A stretch of DNA of 59,822 nucleotides from an uncultured Pseudomonadota bacterium (GTDB taxonomy: Bacteria; Babelota; Babeliae; Babelales; CAIQNR01): contig CAZSHB010000005.1 in NCBI GenBank assembly GCA_964606885.1, positions 1-59,822 on the forward strand, given 5' to 3'. Shown piece after piece: positions 1 through 8,309 of the stretch. The translations under genes were made by a program, and so were the position numbers. The notes beneath the pieces are model-generated. The model did no database searches, had not been told where the DNA came from, and saw only the letters and a program-made list of their open reading frames with translations. Positions within the stretch are counted from its first letter, which is position 1. Every line of letters starts with the position of its first letter.

Positions 1-160
1 CTCGATTTCTCGAGGGTATCCTTCACTTAAGGGCAGATTCTCACGTATTACTCACCCGTCCGCCGCTGTACTCATTCCCGAAGGAACTTTCTCGCTCGAC
101 TTGCATGTGTTAAGCACGCCGCCAGCGTTCATTCTGAGCCAGAATCAAACTCTCCATCAC
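1..160 (-). rRNA. rrs: 16S ribosomal RNA, 5' end only (gene runs off the left edge of the window)
   Basis: Reverse complement of 1-153 reads AGAGTTTGATTCTGGCTCAGAATGAACGCTGGCGGCGTGCTTAACACATGCAAGTCGAGCG...GGACGGGTGAGTAATACGTG. This is the conserved 5' domain of bacterial SSU rRNA, with the 27F primer site at 134-153. The mature 5' end is estimated ~7 nt upstream of AGAGTTTG by analogy with E. coli. Confidence 0.95.
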
Positions 161-230
161 AAAAATTGTTTTTGTTAGGGGACTTATTCCGCACTTATTC
201 TCTGTGGACAAATTTTTAAAATTTCTTGCG

Positions 231-242
231 ATTTCAAAGAAC
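231..242 (-). promoter_or_regulatory. boxA-like antitermination element in the rRNA leader
   Basis: Reverse complement is GTTCTTTGAAAT, close to the GTTCTTTGAAAA-type boxA of many bacterial rrn leaders. It lies between the promoter at 312-339 and the 16S 5' end. Confidence 0.4.
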
Positions 243-311
243 TTTTTTCAATTAAATTTTTTACTTTTTGCTCGTTTCTATTTGAAAGATTCGAGCTAAA
301 ATCTGCTTATC

Positions 312-339
312 ATTATATCGTTGCTAGTTGCGTTGTCAA
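312..339 (-). promoter_or_regulatory. sigma70-type promoter of the rRNA operon
   Basis: Reverse complement reads TTGACA (339-334), 16 nt, TATAAT (317-312). Both hexamers are perfect consensus, correctly oriented, ~150 nt upstream of the 16S 5' end. Confidence 0.6.
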
Positions 340-798
340 GTAATTTTGTTTTTCTTTTTTTGTTGGTTTTTTTTGTTTGCAACGTTTGCTGATTTCGTAA
401 ATTTCAAGTTGACCCTATTGTACTTCCTTTAAGGTTAAATGCAACTTTTTTTTAATTTATTTTTATTTTTTTTGAAAAGAATATGAATTTAAGCTTATTT
501 TCGTAAAAAATAGTTTTAAAAACGTATGTTTTTTTATAAAAAATAAGCGTATTACTACGCCTAGATACAAAAATAAGTTATTTTTTCTAAAGAACGATTC
601 ACTACTACTCTACTTTTCCCTAACCCAACTATGAGAAGTTATATACCATTTTAGGCTAATCATTTTTAAACACAATCGGATCATGATGACCATTGCCTAA
701 TAGAACTAAAAAATACCCTTTTTTGAAACTCCATTTTAAGCCTATTTTTTAAGGCCCCTTATTAATAATGTATAGAAGATGATTTTTAAGCTTATTTT

Positions 799-1362
799 TT
801 ATCCACATATTATGAGCTTAAGCGCCTGCAAGGCTTGATCAAAAGAATCATTAATAACAACATGGTCATAGAGCTTCTTTTCAGCCTCTTCTTGCATCTC
901 AAAAGCGGCCCGCCCAAGTCTAAATGTTAATGAACTTTGCGTATCCCCCCGTTTTTCTAACCGTGCTTTTAAAATTTCTAAAGAAGGCGGTTGAATCCAA
1001 ATAAGCTCCGCTGCTGGATATGCTTGCTTAACCGCTTGGGCCCCAGCCCGGTCAAGAATCATAATATAATTTTTACCAAGCCCTAATTTTTTTAAAACAT
1101 CGCGCGCCGAGCCATAATAGTCTTGATACCAACTACTCCACTCTAAAAAGAAGCCTGCCTTTATTTTGGCCTCAAACAATGCTTTGGTTATAAAATGGTA
1201 GGCCTGATCTTGAACTTCACCTGGACGAGGAGCGCGCGTCGTATAGGTCACAACACGTTCAACGGCACAACCAAAAGGAGCATTTTGTAGCAACGCCATT
1301 ACTAAACTTGTTTTACCAGCTCCTGAAGGAGCAGAAATGACAAAAAGACGACCCTTATTCAT
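799..1362 (-). CDS. gmk: Guanylate kinase
   Basis: 187 aa. P-loop SAPSGAGKTS, then TTRAPRPGEVQDQAYHF (guanylate kinase TTR.PR.GE..G..Y.F signature). Typical length. ATG at 1362. Confidence 0.9.
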   Translation of the reverse strand: MNKGRLFVISAPSGAGKTSLVMALLQNAPFGCAVERVVTYTTRAPRPGEVQDQAYHFITKALFEAKIKAGFFLEWSSWYQDYYGSARDVLKKLGLGKNYIMILDRAGAQAVKQAYPAAELIWIQPPSLEILKARLEKRGDTQSSLTFRLGRAAFEMQEEAEKKLYDHVVINDSFDQALQALKLIICG

Positions 1363-1535
1363 ACTGTTTCCCTGTAAAGTAAAAAATGCACATTACATTA
1401 TAGATACGTTATATCTTAAAGAAGCATGTATGATTTTCTACCATATTAAAAGGTTGAACCCTTCTTTTGATAGGCATAATCATGCTAGTATCATGCAAAC
1501 TTTAATCCTGAAAACGTGATTCAGAAAGAACGATT

Positions 1536-2042
1536 ATGAAATATTTCATAAAAATATGCCTCTCTCTCCTGATATCTTTTGCTTTCTACAACACAGCCAT
1601 ATGTTCACACGCACCACATACTACCCCACCAACAATAAAATCCTGCCCAAACAGTGCGCCTCTTACCCCTCAAAACACAACCACTCCACCTATTCACACT
1701 CCCTTAACCATTACCAACTCAAGCGACAAACCGGTCACCATTCAAATTGACATACGAGTTGACTACTACTATACACACGCCTCTAGAAAAACTTTTCTGC
1801 CCGCTTGCAAGGTTAACCTCGCTGTTACAATTAATCCTCATGCAACCGCAACTATTCCTATTCCACTTCCACAAGGACTTCACGAACCTTATAATTCCAT
1901 TAAAAAGAGTCTTCGGGCGAAAAAATACGAACATAGTGATACCACCATACGTGGCGTAATCATGATTGCACATGATCCAAAAAAGTTTCAGCGCATAAAA
2001 ACAAGTCTTAGAAACAAAGAGTCACTCGCTCTTACCATCTAA
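1536..2042 (+). CDS. Hypothetical secreted protein (Thr/Pro-rich N-terminal region)
   Basis: 168 aa. ATG start. N-terminal hydrophobic signal-like segment MKYFIKICLSLLISFAFYNTAIC. No recognisable family. Confidence 0.6.
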   Translation: MKYFIKICLSLLISFAFYNTAICSHAPHTTPPTIKSCPNSAPLTPQNTTTPPIHTPLTITNSSDKPVTIQIDIRVDYYYTHASRKTFLPACKVNLAVTINPHATATIPIPLPQGLHEPYNSIKKSLRAKKYEHSDTTIRGVIMIAHDPKKFQRIKTSLRNKESLALTI

Positions 2043-2082
2043 GAACTGTGCATTATCACAATAAAGATATGGGGGGAGAAGA

Positions 2083-2331
2083 TTATTTTCTTTTAGACGC
2101 TTGCGATAAAAGAGCTTGAAAACCAAACATCGCATAACATACCGCACGTTGCTTATATTGATACATATAAGGATACATAGTCTGACATGTTTTTATAAAT
2201 GTTGGTTGCCACAGGTTCAATTTTGATTCTACAGTTTGAACATCACAAAATTTCTTAATAAAAGTCTTGTCGCTTGAAGCCGCAACAGAAAAACTCATTA
2301 GAAATATAACGCTCAAAATAGTTTTATTCAT
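2083..2331 (-). CDS. Small hypothetical secreted protein
   Basis: 82 aa. Signal-like MNKTILSVIFLMSFSVAASS. Four Cys. No family recognised. Confidence 0.5.
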   Translation of the reverse strand: MNKTILSVIFLMSFSVAASSDKTFIKKFCDVQTVESKLNLWQPTFIKTCQTMYPYMYQYKQRAVCYAMFGFQALLSQASKRK

Positions 2332-2447
2332 AGCAAAACCTTACTTAACTTCATAATCCTAATTGTAATAGATTTTTGAAACTATTGCAAAAGCCCTATT
2401 CTGGTATACTAAAGGCTTATTTACGCCTATTACTACGGAGTATTTTC

Positions 2448-3527
2448 ATGCTTATTGATGACATTCAACAGCAGCTTAAAGACCTTGAACCTATAATCAA
2501 CATCATCAAAGATTACTGGGCAAATGCGCCTACAGAAAAACGAATTGCTGAGCTCAGCAAAAAGGCTGAAGATCCTATTGTATGGCAAGATCCACAATAC
2601 GCACCCCTTTTAAAAGAACTTCAAGCTCTCAAAACACAACATGAACAATATGTGCATGTCACACAATCATTTAAAGATATGCATGAACTAGTTGCACTGT
2701 TTGGAACCGATGAGGGCGAACTTGAAAAACTTGCACAAGATTTAAAAGTGCTCGGCGGCGCTATTCGCTCTTTTAAAGTGCAGCTTTTACTGTCAGGCGA
2801 ACAAGATCGTTCAAACTGTTACATCAGTGTAAACTGTGGTGCTGGTGGTACCGAGTCACAAGATTGGGCAGAAATTCTTTTACGTATGTTTGTGCGCTTC
2901 TGTGAAAAACAAAATCTTGAAACTGCATTAATCGATCACCAAGTAGGTGAAGAAGCAGGTATTAAAAGTGGAACATTATTAGTAAAAGGTAAAAATGCGT
3001 ACGGTCTTTTAAAAAGTGAACATGGCATTCATCGCTTAGTGCGTATCTCTCCGTACGATGCCAATAAACGTAGACATACTTCCTTTGCTGGTGTCTATGT
3101 TACCCCAGAAACACCTAAAATCGATATTACTATTGATCCTAAAGATTTGCGTATTGATACCTACCGTGCTGGTGGTGCTGGTGGACAACATGTTAATAAA
3201 ACCGACTCTGCAGTGCGGATTACCCACGCGCCAAGCGGTATTGTAGTGCAATCACAAAGTGAGCGCTCACAACTACAAAACAAAGAAACATGTATGAAAA
3301 TGCTTAAAGCAAAGTTAGCGCAAAAGCAAGAAGAAGAAGCAGCAGCAAAAACTGCTTCTGTTGAAAAAAAGAAGATTGAATGGGGCTCACAAATACGTTC
3401 GTACGTTCTGCATCCGTACAAGATGGTAAAAGATCACAGGACTGAATGCGAATCTCCACAACCTGATTTGGTGCTTGATGGCGACTTGATGGAATTTATA
3501 GAACAGTATCTTATTAAGAATGCATAA
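2448..3527 (+). CDS. prfB: Peptide chain release factor 2, encoded in a single frame
   Basis: GGQ motif (RAGGAGGQHVNKTDSAVRITH). RF2-type tripeptide region RLVRISPYDANKRRHTSFA (SPF-like). GWGSQIRSYVL near the C-terminus. ATG at 2448 is preceded by GGAG (2437-2440). The ORF-track TTG at 2376 adds 24 non-conserved residues. Confidence 0.9.
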   Translation: MLIDDIQQQLKDLEPIINIIKDYWANAPTEKRIAELSKKAEDPIVWQDPQYAPLLKELQALKTQHEQYVHVTQSFKDMHELVALFGTDEGELEKLAQDLKVLGGAIRSFKVQLLLSGEQDRSNCYISVNCGAGGTESQDWAEILLRMFVRFCEKQNLETALIDHQVGEEAGIKSGTLLVKGKNAYGLLKSEHGIHRLVRISPYDANKRRHTSFAGVYVTPETPKIDITIDPKDLRIDTYRAGGAGGQHVNKTDSAVRITHAPSGIVVQSQSERSQLQNKETCMKMLKAKLAQKQEEEAAAKTASVEKKKIEWGSQIRSYVLHPYKMVKDHRTECESPQPDLVLDGDLMEFIEQYLIKNA

Positions 3528-3540
3528 TAAGTAAGAACAA

Positions 3541-3570
3541 AAAAGGGGCTTTTAAACGCCCCTTTTTATT
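3541..3570. terminator. Bidirectional rho-independent terminator between convergent genes
   Basis: AAAAGGGGC-TTTTAAAC-GCCCCTTTTTATT. GC stem 3545-3549/3558-3562, flanked by an A-run and a T-run. Confidence 0.7.
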
Positions 3571-3571
3571 A

Positions 3572-4135
3572 TTAGTTTTTTATTGTCTCCACAACTGCTT
3601 TTTTAAGTGGATATTTTTCATGATAACGCTTTGCAAGCTCTTGCGCACCATAACGGCCAGCCAACATAGCAGCTGTCAAAACCGCTACCGGTACTACCCC
3701 AAACTTCTGCAATAATTGAGTTTGTGCATCCATAAAAGCAACACCAACTGCTGCCCCCACCAAACCGCCAAACCTCTTTACGTTCTTATACGTATCAGCT
3801 TTGTCAGATTTTTTTCCTTCTACACCATAAGTAGTCAGCCAAGCAATCAAAGCTGCCGACGTGACAACTCTACCTGCCTGGCCACCTATTGCTTTATTCG
3901 CCACAGACTGCACAAGCACTGCCATCAGAGAACCCATCGCACTACCAGCTGCTGCAAGTCTTCCAACATGTATTGGACTTTTTTTACCAAAAACTTCTTC
4001 ATGGGCATCAGAACCCATTAAACCCACAGAACCCAATATTGCACTTCCAGCAACCATTTCTGCCGAAGATGAAGCCTTAACTTGAGCAGTAGCAACACAA
4101 CTTGCTGCTAATAACAAAACTGCATATTTTTTCAT
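3572..4135 (-). CDS. Secreted/membrane glycine-zipper-like protein, tandem family member 1 of 5
   Basis: Start moved to ATG 4135 (MKKYAVLLLAASCVATAQVKASS signal peptide). Gly/Ala-rich hydrophobic stretches such as GSAILGSVGLMGS and GGLVGAAVGVAF resemble GxxxG glycine zippers. Confidence 0.65.
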   Translation of the reverse strand: MKKYAVLLLAASCVATAQVKASSSAEMVAGSAILGSVGLMGSDAHEEVFGKKSPIHVGRLAAAGSAMGSLMAVLVQSVANKAIGGQAGRVVTSAALIAWLTTYGVEGKKSDKADTYKNVKRFGGLVGAAVGVAFMDAQTQLLQKFGVVPVAVLTAAMLAGRYGAQELAKRYHEKYPLKKAVVETIKN

Positions 4136-4250
4136 ATGGCCAGCCTTACGAATTATTATATTTATAAACTTCACCTTCAGAATACCAAAAAGCCTTAATA
4201 GGACAAGCATCCAGCAATTTGCAAGCTGGCGTTAAGGGCAATAAAAAAGG

Positions 4251-4276
4251 GGCTCTTTAAGGCCCCTTTTAAATTA
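4251..4276 (-). terminator. Rho-independent terminator after 4290-4844
   Basis: Stem GGGGC (4259-4263) / GCCCC (4272-4276). On the minus strand it is followed by a T-run (reverse complement of 4251-4258). Confidence 0.6.
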
Positions 4277-4289
4277 TATCTAATTGTTA

Positions 4290-4844
4290 CTATTTTTTAC
4301 CTCTTATGAAATCGATAACACTAAAGGTTGATGTAGAACTTGAAACACTCATTGCTTTATGTGCTGCACGGTACACTCCTTCAGACGCACCTGCTGATGC
4401 TAAAAGAGTTATTCCAGCAATCGCACATACTCCCGACAAGCGACTCGGCGCTAACTCAGGAAGAACATACTGACTAATAAGCATGCTTGCACTCAACGCG
4501 GTAATACCGCCAACCAATGCAGGTCTTACATGGTTTGGATGTTTGATGGCCATTTTAGCTACTGCAACAGCACCTACAACCGCAGGGATATAATATCCTT
4601 TTCTTTCTGCAACTATTAAACCTGTCATACCAGTAAGAAACCCAGTCCCTAGAGCTAAACCTATTTTCCCTGGTTTGCTTTTTATACAAAAATCATCTGC
4701 CGATTTATATCCAACGGCTGCTCCACTTGCACTCGCTGCTACTAGAACTGCTAATTGTGTATTCTGTGCAGAAGAAGCAGATACATAAGAAGTACCACTC
4801 AGCAAACATAACACTGACAACAACAACAACATGTATTTCTTCAT
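4290..4844 (-). CDS. Secreted/membrane glycine-zipper-like protein, family member 2
   Basis: 184 aa. MKKYMLLLLSVLCLLSGTSYVSASS signal. GGGAG RBS upstream. Gly/Ala-rich hydrophobic segments (GLALGTGFLTGMTGL, AVVGAVAVA, GGITALSASM). Confidence 0.65.
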   Translation of the reverse strand: MKKYMLLLLSVLCLLSGTSYVSASSAQNTQLAVLVAASASGAAVGYKSADDFCIKSKPGKIGLALGTGFLTGMTGLIVAERKGYYIPAVVGAVAVAKMAIKHPNHVRPALVGGITALSASMLISQYVLPELAPSRLSGVCAIAGITLLASAGASEGVYRAAHKAMSVSSSTSTFSVIDFIRGKK

Positions 4845-4930
4845 ACAAGTCTCCCGAAAAAATAAGAGTAATAATAACGCGGCACAAGAGTACTCTTAAA
4901 CATCCCACAGATCAAGAAATACATGCAATA

Positions 4931-5491
4931 TTAACACTCATTTTTTTGAGCAAAAACATCTACAAGAATAGGCGTCACTCCTAAACGTCCTACGACAGCA
5001 CCTACCAGCACCGCTACCAATCCAGCAGGGCAAACAATTCTTGCAAGACCAGTTGATGTTGTGTCTTGATGCTTGTACCATTCTAGCACTACTAATGCTC
5101 CAATAGTACGCGCTATACCATGCACTTTTTTTCTTCTTGCATAGTTGGCACGACAAGGCGCTTGGCAATTAAACATAGCAGTTTGCTGCACCACATATCG
5201 CTCAGCACTATCAACCACACCATTTGCCGCAAACAATAATAAACATACAGGCACCGCATGCTCGTGTATTGCTACAGTGGTACATGATGTTACTCCAAGC
5301 AACGCTCCCATTGCCCGTTCTCCAACATTAGCAGATCCATTACATAACTCATCTACTGCTTGCGCTCCATAAGAAGCTGATGCCAACAGAGATGCAGCCC
5401 CTACACCAATACCGAGTAATGAATATGATGCACACAAAGAACCGTGTGCGTTTATAAGAACTATCATCAGAACAAAAATTATATGCTTCAC
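4931..5491 (-). CDS. Secreted/membrane Gly/Ala-rich protein, family member 3 (Cys-rich variant)
   Basis: 186 aa. GTG start with AAGGG upstream. Signal-like MKHIIFVLMIVLINAHGSLCA. Also GIGVGAASLLASASYGAQ and GLVAVLVGAVVG. Confidence 0.55.
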   Translation of the reverse strand: MKHIIFVLMIVLINAHGSLCASYSLLGIGVGAASLLASASYGAQAVDELCNGSANVGERAMGALLGVTSCTTVAIHEHAVPVCLLLFAANGVVDSAERYVVQQTAMFNCQAPCRANYARRKKVHGIARTIGALVVLEWYKHQDTTSTGLARIVCPAGLVAVLVGAVVGRLGVTPILVDVFAQKNEC

Positions 5492-5592
5492 TTACTACCC
5501 TTTTATGTACGATACTTTGTAAAAGATTACCGTAGCAAAGAGTCATGAATACGCATAGGTACTACACTAAGAAAGACTTTTAAGCGTCTCCC

Positions 5593-6435
5593 TTATGCTC
5601 TGCCTTCTAAGTCTTCATACGCTTTTTTTATTTTCTTAAATTTTTCTTCAGCTTCTTGTTTGTTTGTTTCTGATGTTTGTGAATGTCTATCAGGATGCCA
5701 CCGCAGAGCCAACTTATGATACGCTGTCTTTATTTGATCAAATGTTGCATCATCTTGTAATCCAAGAACGCGTAAAGCGTTTAATGTTTGTCGATCACCT
5801 TGTGCTTGATTTTGATTAAAAGAACTTTGCGAAGATGATGACGGTGAAAATGAATTACTTGAAAATGTATTTTGAATGAACGGATCTTGTGGAAATCCAT
5901 TAAATGGAATCCGTGGTAATACTGGCTCAGCTCCACCTTTTACTGATTTTAATACTTGATGCACTAGAGAGCTTACTGTTAATAACCCTGCCCCCGTAGC
6001 AATATAACTTTTAGTTTTATAGAGCAAAGGTAAGCCTATCACCAAAGGCAAAGCCCATGAAGAAGCACATCGACCGCTCTTTGATGTGTATGTTTGGTAA
6101 CCCCTATAAAATCCTTCATATCTGACAAATCTTTCTCCTGGAAACAAACGTTTATGCACAAAATGAGCAACACATGATAGAGCTGTAACAGTAGTCAATG
6201 CAGGTACAACTTTTTTTTCTGGAATTGCAGCTATACATAACGCAGTACAAACACCCGCGCCAGCACTGCATGCGGCTTTAAGAAAATTTGATTGACCATC
6301 ACATAGATTATAAGCACTACGCGCAGCTACACCTGATGCAGCAAGTAGAATAATACCTCTTACTTCATCTTCATTAGCTGTACGCATTTTATGACTACTG
6401 ACTACTGCTAATAGTAAAAATATTATTTTTTTCAT
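5593..6435 (-). CDS. Membrane protein of the same Gly/Ala-rich family fused to a C-terminal J domain (DjlA-like architecture)
   Basis: 280 aa. N-terminus MKKIIFLLLAVVSS plus several hydrophobic Gly/Ala/Cys segments. S/Q-rich linker (SSSSQSSFNQNQAQ). C-terminal J domain ALRVLGLQDDATFDQIKTAYHKLALRWHPDRH...KFKKIKKAYEDL with the HPD tripeptide. Confidence 0.75.
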   Translation of the reverse strand: MKKIIFLLLAVVSSHKMRTANEDEVRGIILLAASGVAARSAYNLCDGQSNFLKAACSAGAGVCTALCIAAIPEKKVVPALTTVTALSCVAHFVHKRLFPGERFVRYEGFYRGYQTYTSKSGRCASSWALPLVIGLPLLYKTKSYIATGAGLLTVSSLVHQVLKSVKGGAEPVLPRIPFNGFPQDPFIQNTFSSNSFSPSSSSQSSFNQNQAQGDRQTLNALRVLGLQDDATFDQIKTAYHKLALRWHPDRHSQTSETNKQEAEEKFKKIKKAYEDLEGRA

Positions 6436-6497
6436 ATATACGACCCCCTACAAAGTTACATGATTATGAGTGCAAGCAAGTATACTGCATACCAGCT

Positions 6498-6533
6498 CCA
6501 AAACGAAGTAGGCAGCTTTAAAAGGCTGCCTAC
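6498..6533 (-). terminator. Hairpin terminator after 6563-6901
   Basis: 9-bp stem GTAGGCAGC (6508-6516) / GCTGCCTAC (6525-6533). The minus strand continues TTCGTTTT. Confidence 0.5.
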
Positions 6534-6562
6534 TTTATCAATAGTACAACAGATCAAAATCT

Positions 6563-6901
6563 TTAACTGTTCTTCTTGTCTTGTGTGAGATAGCTATGCA
6601 ACTCACATGCTGCAAACATAGACTGCAAGGTTGCAACAGCGCCAGCTGCACCACACGCAGCAACACCAATAGCCATCGGTACATATCGCCCTTTTGAGCC
6701 TTTTTGCAAAGCACGGATTGCTAATGTAGCACTCCCCACGCCACCTGCTGCCACAACACCATATACTCCTGCACGAACTGTTCCATCAGATACATTTTGC
6801 AGTACATGCTCTGGCACATTTTTCTTGTCATTATTATTTTTATCAGACGCGCTTACACCACTAGTAAGAACTAACAACAAACCTAATATATGTTTTTTCA
6901 T
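6563..6901 (-). CDS. Small secreted/membrane glycine-zipper-like protein, family member 5
   Basis: Start moved to ATG 6901 (AGGAG RBS upstream). This removes the overlap with pgi. MKKHILGLLLVLTSGVSAS signal. GVYGVVAAGGVGSATLA and AIGVAACGAAGAVA zipper-like segments. Confidence 0.6.
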   Translation of the reverse strand: MKKHILGLLLVLTSGVSASDKNNNDKKNVPEHVLQNVSDGTVRAGVYGVVAAGGVGSATLAIRALQKGSKGRYVPMAIGVAACGAAGAVATLQSMFAACELHSYLTQDKKNS

Positions 6902-6971
6902 ATAAACTCCTGACCAATTAAAATTAATAGTATCATGTTCTATTATACGCCTAATACCCTTCAGAGCAATT

Positions 6972-8309
6972 TTACTGAGCAAGAAGCGCATGTGTTTCGC
7001 GTTTATACAATTCAACATTTGGTTGATCAAACGGATCAACATTAAGCAAATACGCCAAGTAGATCATTTCCATCATTTTGAACTGTAAAAATTGCCCAAT
7101 ATACCGCTCAGTTTTTTCTGGCAATACTACAGAACAATAGGGGCGATCGTTTTTTAGATACGCTCGTTTAGTCCCTTCTACCAACGCATACATAACTTCG
7201 TCAAAACGCTTGCCCTGCAGATAGCCGCACACTTTATCGATAGCCAATTCAGGATTAATGGTAATCGTATGTGCAGTGCGTTCAACCGTTACAAATGTTG
7301 TAAATTTATCACGCGGCCCACCAAGATATAATTGTGCAAGCGAATGCAAATCAATACTACCAAGCGATACGGTAGGCGTAATACCCGCTCCTACTTTTTT
7401 ACCGTCCTTATCAAACTCTTTACCAATGCTTTCGCCCATCAATTGTCGGTACCATTTACCTACCGATTCAAGATCAACTGAAAACAAAAACAAATCACTG
7501 ATACTGATGCCCCGCTTATAATGAATAAACTGTACAAGCGCACTCGTGAGCGCAGGATTAGTTTCAAAAGAAAACTGCGTACAACGCATCACACTTTCTT
7601 GCGCACCTTGCACCAATTGGTCAGTATCAACACCTGCCATTAACAAAGGGAATAATCCAACTGGTGAAAAAACTGAATACCGCCCCCCCACAACTTTAGG
7701 TATAGGTAAAAGTGCATACCCTTCTTGTTGTGCAATCTGCCACAAAGGCGAACCCTGGTCTGTGATTGCGACAATATACTCTTTATAATCATGCGGTCTG
7801 TGCTTTTTAATAAGCGATAACAACACATGAAAATTAGCGATAGTTTCTGTAGTAGTGCCAGATTTTGTAATAACAGTAATAATAACCACATGCCCCTTTA
7901 AAAGCTCTTTCTCTAAAACAGTCAAAATCGTAAACATACGATCAGCATCAACAGTCTCTGCAAAATACACGCGTAATGCAGGCTCATTTGCATGATAAAA
8001 ACGACCATGAATTGCCTGATGCACAGCCTTGGCTCCAAGAGAAGAGCCGCCAATACCAACAACAACTAAAACTGTTGGTGCTAACAGTTTTTTTTGTGCT
8101 GCTACCTGTTTTGCTTGCTCATGCAATGCTGTATCAAACGGTAAAAGTACCGAAGCATGAGAAGTTACATACGTGCCGCGCGCCAATGTTTCTTGAAAGA
8201 CTCGTAGCTCAGCTTCTATCTCATAATCAAAGGCAACACTTTTAATAACATGATCATGAATAGATGCAGTTTTTTCATAATCAAAAGTAAAAAACATATC
8301 GTTTACCAT
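6972..8309 (-). CDS. pgi: Glucose-6-phosphate isomerase (short bacterial type)
   Basis: VVGIGGSSLGAKAV (PGI GIGGS.LG motif), TKSGTTTET, GGRYSV(F)S and QPNVE near the C-terminus. Three in-frame ATGs (8330, 8309, 8297), none with a clear RBS. The start is uncertain by up to 33 nt. Confidence 0.85.
   Translation of the reverse strand: MVNDMFFTFDYEKTASIHDHVIKSVAFDYEIEAELRVFQETLARGTYVTSHASVLLPFDTALHEQAKQVAAQKKLLAPTVLVVVGIGGSSLGAKAVHQAIHGRFYHANEPALRVYFAETVDADRMFTILTVLEKELLKGHVVIITVITKSGTTTETIANFHVLLSLIKKHRPHDYKEYIVAITDQGSPLWQIAQQEGYALLPIPKVVGGRYSVFSPVGLFPLLMAGVDTDQLVQGAQESVMRCTQFSFETNPALTSALVQFIHYKRGISISDLFLFSVDLESVGKWYRQLMGESIGKEFDKDGKKVGAGITPTVSLGSIDLHSLAQLYLGGPRDKFTTFVTVERTAHTITINPELAIDKVCGYLQGKRFDEVMYALVEGTKRAYLKNDRPYCSVVLPEKTERYIGQFLQFKMMEMIYLAYLLNVDPFDQPNVELYKRETHALLAQ

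Noticed and set aside
493-794. Recurrent palindromic TAAGCTTA within TTTAAGCTTATTTT (493-500, 787-794; one-mismatch copy at about 735-742)
   Set aside because: This is a short 8-mer in a very AT-rich spacer and also occurs inside coding sequence (about 12030). It could be a regulator site, but three short hits are compatible with chance.
2376-2447. N-terminal extensions in the ORF track (also 4136-4210, 6902-7042, 10307-10369, 15094-15165, 26547-26729, 32461-32565, 39324-39362, 40506-40547, 46809-46847)
   Set aside because: Each has an internal ATG or GTG with a Shine-Dalgarno-like sequence. Those starts give either the canonical family N-terminus or a clean signal peptide. The extensions use TTG or overlap neighbouring genes or tRNAs.
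7683-7689. C7 homopolymer (G7 on the coding strand) inside pgi, a possible slippage or phase-variation site
   Set aside because: It simply encodes the conserved VVGGRY block of PGI. A seven-base run in a housekeeping gene, without evidence of length variation, is not convincing.
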